Part shown: positions 36,866 through 44,411 of the stretch, in pieces
Position numbering within the stretch: position 1 is the stretch's first letter
Layout: each line of letters begins with the position of its first letter
NCBI RefSeq assembly: GCF_001194135.2
Contig: NC_068991.1
Coordinates: forward strand, 61,152,813-61,197,223
Length of the DNA: 44,411 nucleotides
Direction of reading: 5' to 3'
DNA from: Octopus bimaculoides
Lineage: Eukaryota
Notes under the pieces: model-generated
The model's input: the letters and a program-made list of their open reading frames with translations, nothing else
Databases searched by the model: none
What the model was told of the DNA's origin: nothing
Made by a program: the position numbers and the translations under genes

Positions 36866-37107
36866 CAGCTGGAATTATGTGTACTCTTTTACTCTTTTAT
36901 TTGTTTCAGTCATTTGACTGTGGCCATGCTGGAGCACCACCTTTTAGTCAAAAGAGTCGATCCCAGGACTTATGTTTTTTAAAGCCTGGTATTTTTTTTA
37001 GCTGAACTGCTAGGTTACAAGGACGTAAACACATCAACATCAGTTATCAATTGATAGTGTGTGTGTGAGGGAGACAAATACAGATACAAAGACACACAAA
37101 CTAAAAT

Positions 37108-37143
<36 letters not shown>

Positions 37144-38556
37144 AACACCACTGCTCAACTAATGGAAAGATTGAAAAGCAAAGTTGACCTCAGTAGAATT
37201 TGAACTCAAAACATAATGATGGATGAAATGCCACTAAGATTTTGCCTAGCATGCTAATGATTCTGCAAGCTCACTGCCTTAGTAAGAATAAATATTGCTC
37301 CATTTTCTCCCAGAAGAACCAGTAGGCTGTCTTTGAGTTTTAAAGTCTAGTGTTGAATTTTCTTTATGAGAAATGAGAGTCCTAATAAACATGTGTTTAT
37401 GGAAAAGCCTAGAATTCATCAATGATGAATAACACTTGTAATCATGTATAACCTCATCCAGCAATAATTTTGTTCAGTTCATGAGAATACTTACAAAGAT
37501 CTGAATCATTGCTAACAGCACTTCACTTGAATTTAATGCTGTATAAATCAAGGTTCTCTCTTAAATCCCTGAAAAACTCCTTTTCAAGCCAGAAAATGCT
37601 TTGATTCAAAGTTACATCTCCTTCCTTTTATAAATTGTCATACAAACCAATAGTTTTCATTTGAATGGTCATCATGTTTATCTGTTTATCGTCACATTTC
37701 ACGCAATCTGATCAATTTCCCACACTCAAGAACTGCTCTATGCTATACCTTACCTCATATCTAGGAAAAATCAGAAGAGTAACTGCTTGAGCATTTGACC
37801 AAATTCCATCTTTATTATCATGTATTATTCTCATTGCAGATGTAGCAAGCTTTAATGCTTTGGCAGTAAGACGTAAAACCTTTGTAAAGCTATAAGTTGT
37901 TACCTTCAACATAATCTCTTTCCATGCTGCTGCCTTCACCATCACTTAATGGCCTCCTTTCTGGCCATTATTCTATACATACAACACACCCTACACATCC
38001 CCATCATCGTCATCATTTTTACAGATATACGTTTCCATGCTTGCATGGTTCAAATGGGAATATGTAAAGGCAAAGTTTTATTTCTATGGCCAGATGTCCT
38101 TCTTGGTGTCAGCCACCTGCTTGTTTCCAAATAAGGTAAATAATCTTTCAATTTATAGAAAACAACAAACCGCGTGGATATGTTTATTTGAAGAACTAGA
38201 AGCAAATGACACTGTATGAATGAGCCTTTTGTTTACAAAGGTCGTGCAACATGTTAAGACATGTCAAGAAGCCTGGTAGTGTTTCTGTAGTGAACTGCAA
38301 ACAAATGACACCATTAACAAAGTCATTGTTTAAAATGCAAACTAATGTGTGAGGAAGGAAATACGAACTCGCTCAACAATATGAAATCACTCATACACAT
38401 ACACATCATCATCATCATCAACATTGTTTTAACATCCACTTTTCCCTGCTTGCATCAAGCGACAGATTATATTGAGGCAGATTTTCTATTACTGGTTGCT
38501 CTTCTCGTTGCCTACCTTCACCTGTTTCCAAGCAAGGTAATATATATATATATACA

Positions 38557-39110
38557 CAGACATGCAGGAAGTAAATAGAAACCTTTAATTTTCAAAATTT
38601 CTGATCTAAGCATCTTAATATGTCTTCAGTGGTGTAGAATTTACAATGTAATTATTCTTTTTCATTCCAGGTACCATTATATTAAACATTTGCGAAGTGT
38701 AACCATACCACGCACAAAAAATTCAGCAGAACTGTCAGATTTTCAAAGAGGTCGTATTGTTGGACAATCTGAGGCTGGACTTAGCCAGCAAAAAATGGTC
38801 AAAAATCTTCAAATTCCTCTTGCTACTGTTAATAGAATTATAGTGCAATTCAAAAGCCAAGAAAAAGAATCAACAGGTTCTCATCCTGGCTGACCTGGGC
38901 CCTTGGAAAGGAAGCTTCACTGTTTGAAGAGAATTGTGGAAAACGAACGAACCGCACTGAAAAGCTTCTGACATTGCAAAACAGCTAGAACGTGTGTTAC
39001 ATATCTGCATAAGCTTGGGTATTATGGACAAGCAGCTAGAAGAAAACCTCGCCTTCAACCAATTAATATCAAATAAAAGATTTTGAAAATTAAAGGTGTC
39101 TATTTACATG

Positions 39111-39114
<4 letters not shown>
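38557..39114 (+). mobile_element. Internally deleted Tc1-family transposon with a pseudogenised transposase N-terminus
   Basis: TIRs cagacatg..aaatagaaacctttaattttcaaaat and attttgaaaattaaaggtgtctatttacatgtctg. Peptide (I)PRTKNSAELSDFQRGRIVG..VNRII..PG*PG..LGYYGQAARRKP is a paired-like HTH; the start reads ATA and the GRP linker reads G*P. Confidence 0.9.
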
Positions 39115-39154
<40 letters not shown>

Positions 39155-40612
39155 TTATAGACAGACATGCAGGAAGTAAATAGACACCCTCTTCCAGTTT
39201 ATTTCTTTCTGCTTAGAAAAACATACTCAGAGTAGGTCCATTCAGTCTCACCAGTCTTGCCACTGTCGACCACCTTTGATAAACATACTAGATGGCAGCA
39301 CCTCCCTCTCTACCCTCATCTTCCTCTTCAAGTGATATTTGAAGAAATTGATGAGGGTTTGATAGTAATTCTTTCTACTATAGGCACAAGGCCTGAACTT
39401 TTGAGGGGATAGAGTATATCAGTTACATACATATATGATGGGCTTCCACACAGCTTTTTGTCTACCAAATTCACTCACTAGGCATTGGTCAGCCCATGGC
39501 TGTAGTAGAAATCAGTTGCCCATGGGACTGAACCCAAAACCATGTAGTTGCAAAGTAAGCTTCTTAAACATACAGCCATAATGGTAAAGTAAGCAAGATG
39601 TTTGGAAGAATCAAACTGTTGCAATTATTACTTGTTTCCACTGTCATAGGGTTAGAATTAGCAAAACATGTCTGTTCTGCTATTTTTGCATTTCATTGTA
39701 ACTCCTGCATGAGCAAGGGTGTCTTAAAATCACTGAAGTTCTCCAGACAAAACAATGCACCAGGCCCCTTAGATAGAGGACCACAACTCACATAGATTTG
39801 CATTGGGGCCTGTAAACAACTGCCCAGTGCATCCATGTCTTATGAAAACTGGGTGCAGAAGGCTTGACCCTTTTGAGACACACAGTGTTTTGGTATGTGT
39901 AGCCAAAAAAACCCCAATTTGTTTTTTCTATCGTGATACATCTACTAGGAGATGATCTCTGATTGGCTATCGCACTTCAAAACCAACCATTCACAACATT
40001 TATTCCATTGGGCTGATGGATCGACATCAAAGTCCTTCCAGCTTATATCACTTGGGCCAATCAGTTGGCCTGGGTGTCCCGAGAGGGTTAGAACTTGCTC
40101 AAAGTGTTAACTCAAATCTTCAGGTGTGAGGGATAACTTAATGCCCTAACACAGGTCAATACCAAAGAGTCCCCTCCACCGTATTTTCCATGAGTAACCT
40201 CAATAATCTCAATAATACTTGTTTGCAAGTTTCAGTTTGTAGTGAAAATCTTGGTTAAATAAAACGATTTTTATTCTGGCTTTTCAAGCCAGGACATTGT
40301 TCTGATGGACAATGTCTGTAATAGAATTGGTCAAGTGTGTTTATCACGACGACAGTAGAATGTTTAATTAAAAGAAATCATTATTAATATTGAAAATAGC
40401 AGAGCTCTTCGTAAATACTGCATAATTATAGAATTTAATGGTAGATAATTAAATCCAAACATACAGTAATACACTCACAGATATACATACGTACATACAT
40501 ACATACATACATACATACATACATACATACATACATACACACACACATACATACATACATACATACATACACACATACATACATACATATATATGAATAG
40601 ATAGATAGATAT

Positions 40613-40664
<52 letters not shown>

Positions 40665-40784
40665 CGCTGTATTGATCAGACTGCCAGACTATCGTATATT
40701 GTTATACATCACTGATCACAGTGCACTTCCAATTCTTTCTTGATTCCACCATTTTTTTTTTTTTCCATCTTGATCAAAATTATT

Positions 40785-41190
40785 TAACTAAATCATCTTC
40801 CCTTCCAAGTGGCCTTCCTTGATCTCTTGGCTACCACTCACCAACAGTGCCGGTCCAGCTATTGTCTGTGAACCTTGCAACACATCCAGCCCAGCAGAAC
40901 TTGTGCTTCCAAGATTCTGCAATCATGTCATTCACTCTATTCTGTTCATGAATCTTTTCCTATTTTGGATATCTACTTGCAATATTCCTAGCGTGGATCA
41001 TTCCTCGGTGGATATGCATTGAGACAGGAATGTTGAAATTTCTAAGAGAATAAGGGTAGGGTTAATAAAGGTCGCGCTCAGAGCAGAGTTGGTCAAGACC
41101 CTACATGCTAGATTCTTCAATGACTCTGTCCGACATATGCTTTTATATGCAAAATATGGACTACTATGAAGGGGGAAGAACATTCTCTTC
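40785..41190. mobile_element. RTE LINE 3' fragment with an inverted 5' part
   Basis: Minus 41018-40785 gives DMIAESWKHKFCWAGCVARFTDNSW..GRP. Plus 41019-41190 gives EISKRIRVG..ARFFNDSV..LLY..IWTTMKGEEHSL. Confidence 0.75.
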
Positions 41191-41194
41191 CTCT

Positions 41195-41530
41195 TTTCTC
41201 TTTTACTTGTTTCAGTCATTTGACTGCCACCATGCTGGAGCACCACCTTTAGTTGAGCAAATCGACCCCAGGACTTATTCCTTGTAAGCCTAGTACTTAT
41301 TCTATCGGTATCTTTTGCCGAACTGCTAAGTTACGGGGACGTAAACACACCACCATCGGTTGTCAAGTGATGTTGGGAGGGACAAACACAGACACACAAA
41401 CATATACACACACATACATATATATATATGACGGGCTTCTTTCAGTTTCCGTCTACCAAATCCACTCACGAGGCTTTGGTCGGCCTGAGGCTATAGTAGA
41501 AGACACTTGCCCAAGGTGCCATGCAGTGGG
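41195..41530 (-). mobile_element. SINE family B, 5'-truncated
   Basis: Reverse complement of the family body and tail. Confidence 0.85.
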
Positions 41531-41696
41531 AATTCTTCTGACATGCTTTTTCAAAAGCTTGTTTCCGAATCACATGGTTCTAGGTTCAGTTCCACTGCAT
41601 GGCACAGTGATTGTTTCAGTTTCACAGATGTTTGGTCTTAGCTTGAATACTTCTGATCGTAAGACCTGTGCCAGTTGGATAAGAGTAAGCCACTAC

Positions 41697-41733
41697 CATC
41701 ATCATCATCATCATTACAGACATCAATACCATT

Positions 41734-41779
<46 letters not shown>

Positions 41780-42263
41780 CCACCATCATCATCATCACCA
41801 CCATCATCATCATCATCATAAGTAGTAGCACATCAGTTGTTAGCAGTTACTAAACTTATGAATCATTAATTCAAAGTTGGTCTAAATTCCCGCAGGAAAT
41901 AAATTGTACACAAGCTGAATATCTAGTCAGTTAGTGATTAAGAACTATTGGTTGATTACTGTGACACCAGAGGTCATGGGTTCAAATTCTATGTCAAGTC
42001 TGACTGACTTGAACTTAGAACAATTCTTTTTCATAAAATGCAAAAGAATTTAGAAGACAGATGAAAATGTCTATGTTTTTCTTAATCAGTTGCCATATTC
42101 ACCATTGCCATCATCGTGTCCACCACCACCACCACCACCACCACCGCTGCAGCCGCCACCACCACACCAACCATCCTCACCATCATCATCATTATCCTCC
42201 TCCTTCTCCTCCTCCTCCTCATCATCATTATCATCATCATCATCATCGTCGTCGTCGTCGTCG

Positions 42264-42294
<31 letters not shown>

Positions 42295-43223
42295 TATCAT
42301 CCTGTTGTCATCATCATTCCTTTCGTCATCATCATCTTCATCATCATCATCATCATCATCGTCGTCGTCGTCGTCGTCGTCGTCGTCATCATCATCATCA
42401 TCATCATTATCATCCTGTTGTCATCATCATTCCTTTCGTCATCANNNNNNNNNNNNNNNNNNNNNNNNNNNNNNNNNNNNNNNNNNNNNNNNNNNNNNNN
42501 NNNNNNNNNNNNNNNNNNNNNNNNNNNNNNNNNNNNNNNNNNNNNNNNNNNNNNNNNNNNNNNNNNNNNNNNNNNNNNNNNNNNNNNNNNNNNNNNNNNN
42601 NNNNNNNNNNNNNNNNNNNNNNNNNNNNNNNNNNNNNNNNNNNNNNNNNNNNNNNNNNNNNNNNNNNNNNNNNNNNNNNNNNNNNNNNNNNNNNNNNNNN
42701 NNNNNNNNNNNNNNNNNNNNNNNNNNNNNNNNNNNNNNNNNNNNNNNNNNNNNNNNNNNNNNNNNNNNNNNNNNNNNNNNNNNNNNNNNNNNNNNNNNNN
42801 NNNNNNNNNNNNNNNNNNNNNNNNNNNNNNNNNNNNNNNNNNNNNNNNNNNNNNNNNNNNNNNNNNNNNNNNNNNNNNNNNNNNNNNNNNNNNNNNNNNN
42901 NNNNNNNNNNNNNNNNNNNNNNNNNNNNNNNNNNNNNNNNNNNNNNNNNNNNNNNNNNNNNNNNNNNNNNNNNNNNNNNNNNNNNNNNNNNNNNNNNNNN
43001 NNNNNNNNNNNNNNNNNNNNNNNNNNNNNNNNNNNNNNNNNNNNNNNNNNNNNNNNNNNNNNNNNNNNNNNNNNNNNNNNNNNNNNNNNNNNNNNNNNNN
43101 NNNNNNNNNNNNNNNNNNNNNNNNNNNNNNNNNNNNNNNNNNNNNNNNNNNNNNNNNACGTTCTCTTAAACACTCAGCCATATACATACATACATGTACA
43201 CACACACACGTACACACACACGT

Positions 43224-43267
<44 letters not shown>

Positions 43268-43462
43268 ATATACATGTGCACACATGTACATACACTATAT
43301 ATGCATATGCATGCATACACGTAAGTATATATATGATGATGATGACGATGCTGATGATGATGATGATCATCATCATCATCGTCATCACTGTCATCATCAT
43401 CATCATCGTCGTCATCGTCGTCGTTGTCATCATCATCATCATCATCATCGTCATCATCATCA
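41697..43462. repeat. Trinucleotide (CAT/CAC/CGT/GAT) and dinucleotide simple-repeat field around a 713 nt gap
   Basis: Directly visible; it produces the poly-H/I/S/M/D ORFs in the track. Confidence 0.9.
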
Positions 43463-44014
43463 TCTGTTTTCCATGCTGGCATGGATTAGACAGTTTGACA
43501 AGAGCTGGGAAGCTGGAGGGCTGCATCAAGCTCCAGTCATCTCTTTTGGCATGGTTTCTATGGCTAGATGCCCTTCTTAATGCCAACCACTTTACAAAGT
43601 GTATTTGATGCTTTTTTTTACATAGTATGGGAGTCTTCTACATGGGGCCAGTATCACAAGTGCTTCTCTATGTGGCACTGGCACAGGTGCTCTTTACATG
43701 ATGCCATCATGGGTGCTTCTTATATGGCACCTGTACCTGCAGGGTCACCAAATGGCTTGCAAGACAAGGACATCCCAACTGAGAGAAGGAGAAGAACTGA
43801 GGTATAGACAAGAATATATTTATGTGTGTGTGCTAGAAATTTTGGATCCTTCTGATTTGGCGGACACCATTTTTTATTTAGTTTTTATTTAGTGTGTTTT
43901 CTACCGAAACACTTTAAAACTTCATATACTTGTATATTTTGTCTTATAGAACAGAGAAAAATTTTTATATTTGAAGTTATTTCATGTTAAAAATTGTCAT
44001 ATTTCGGTAATTTC

Positions 44015-44380
44015 AACCAATCACTGACGTCTATTCAGCTGAATACAGTTACTGCTGTTCTTTGTCAACAATAATTTGTGGCGGTGCATATATCTTTAGT
44101 CCCTAGTAATCCTTCATTGGGTGAGTGGTTTGAAATGAGATTATCTAAAACCCTAACCCTAACCCTAACTCTAAAACCCGAACCCTAACCCTAAAACCCT
44201 AAAGCTAAAACCAGTACAAACACACGAAGATTGTCATAAATAGCAGTACCGCCGATAGTTGTTGACAAACAACGGCAGTAATTTTATTCAAGGGAAAAGA
44301 TCCCATTACACCGCCAGAACGTGTTGTTGACAAACCACAGCAGTAATTGTTTTCACCTCAATAGACGTCAGTGATTGGTT
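44015..44380. mobile_element. Foldback / MITE-like element with ~73 bp inverted arms and an internal telomere-like (CCCTAA)n tract
   Basis: aaccaatcactgacgtctatt...gtggcggtg vs caccgccag...aatagacgtcagtgattggtt; degenerate ccctaa/ccctaaaa repeats at 44145-44212. Confidence 0.75.
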
Positions 44381-44411
44381 ATATATATATACATGCATAC
44401 ATACATACATA

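Noticed and set aside
42061-43608. Long ORFs of 243-515 aa
   Set aside because: They consist of trinucleotide repeats and N-gap read-through in all frames.
44145-44212. Chromosome end suggested by CCCTAA repeats
   Set aside because: The tract is short, degenerate and enclosed by inverted arms, so it is interstitial.
1-44411. CRISPR array, rRNA or prokaryotic operon
   Set aside because: There are no regularly spaced repeat-spacer units or rRNA-like sequence, and the composition and repeats are those of an animal genome.

Overview
This is a eukaryotic, AT-rich, repeat-saturated short-read scaffold with 11 N gaps. It is most likely from an octopod; that is inferred from my recollection of the SINE and microsatellite landscape, not from a database hit. 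Nearly every ORF in the supplied track is a microsatellite, SINE or gap artefact. The only well-supported host coding sequence is a minus-strand first exon (30754-30565) encoding a signal peptide and the N-terminal motif of the UPF0764/C16orf89 family; I could not find its later exons in sequenced bases. The rest consists of several tRNA-derived SINE families, RTE-tailed short elements, decayed RTE-clade LINE fragments, Tc1/mariner, hAT and piggyBac MITEs, and Penelope-like remnants. The most notable signal is an apparently intact type I hammerhead ribozyme on the minus strand (34290-34195), sitting in one arm of a ~125 bp inverted repeat. Four further decayed or minimal hammerhead-like motifs lie in unrelated repeats within about 20 kb. 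Other observations are a 5'-inverted (twin-priming-like) RTE insertion, several foldback structures, and multi-level element nesting.
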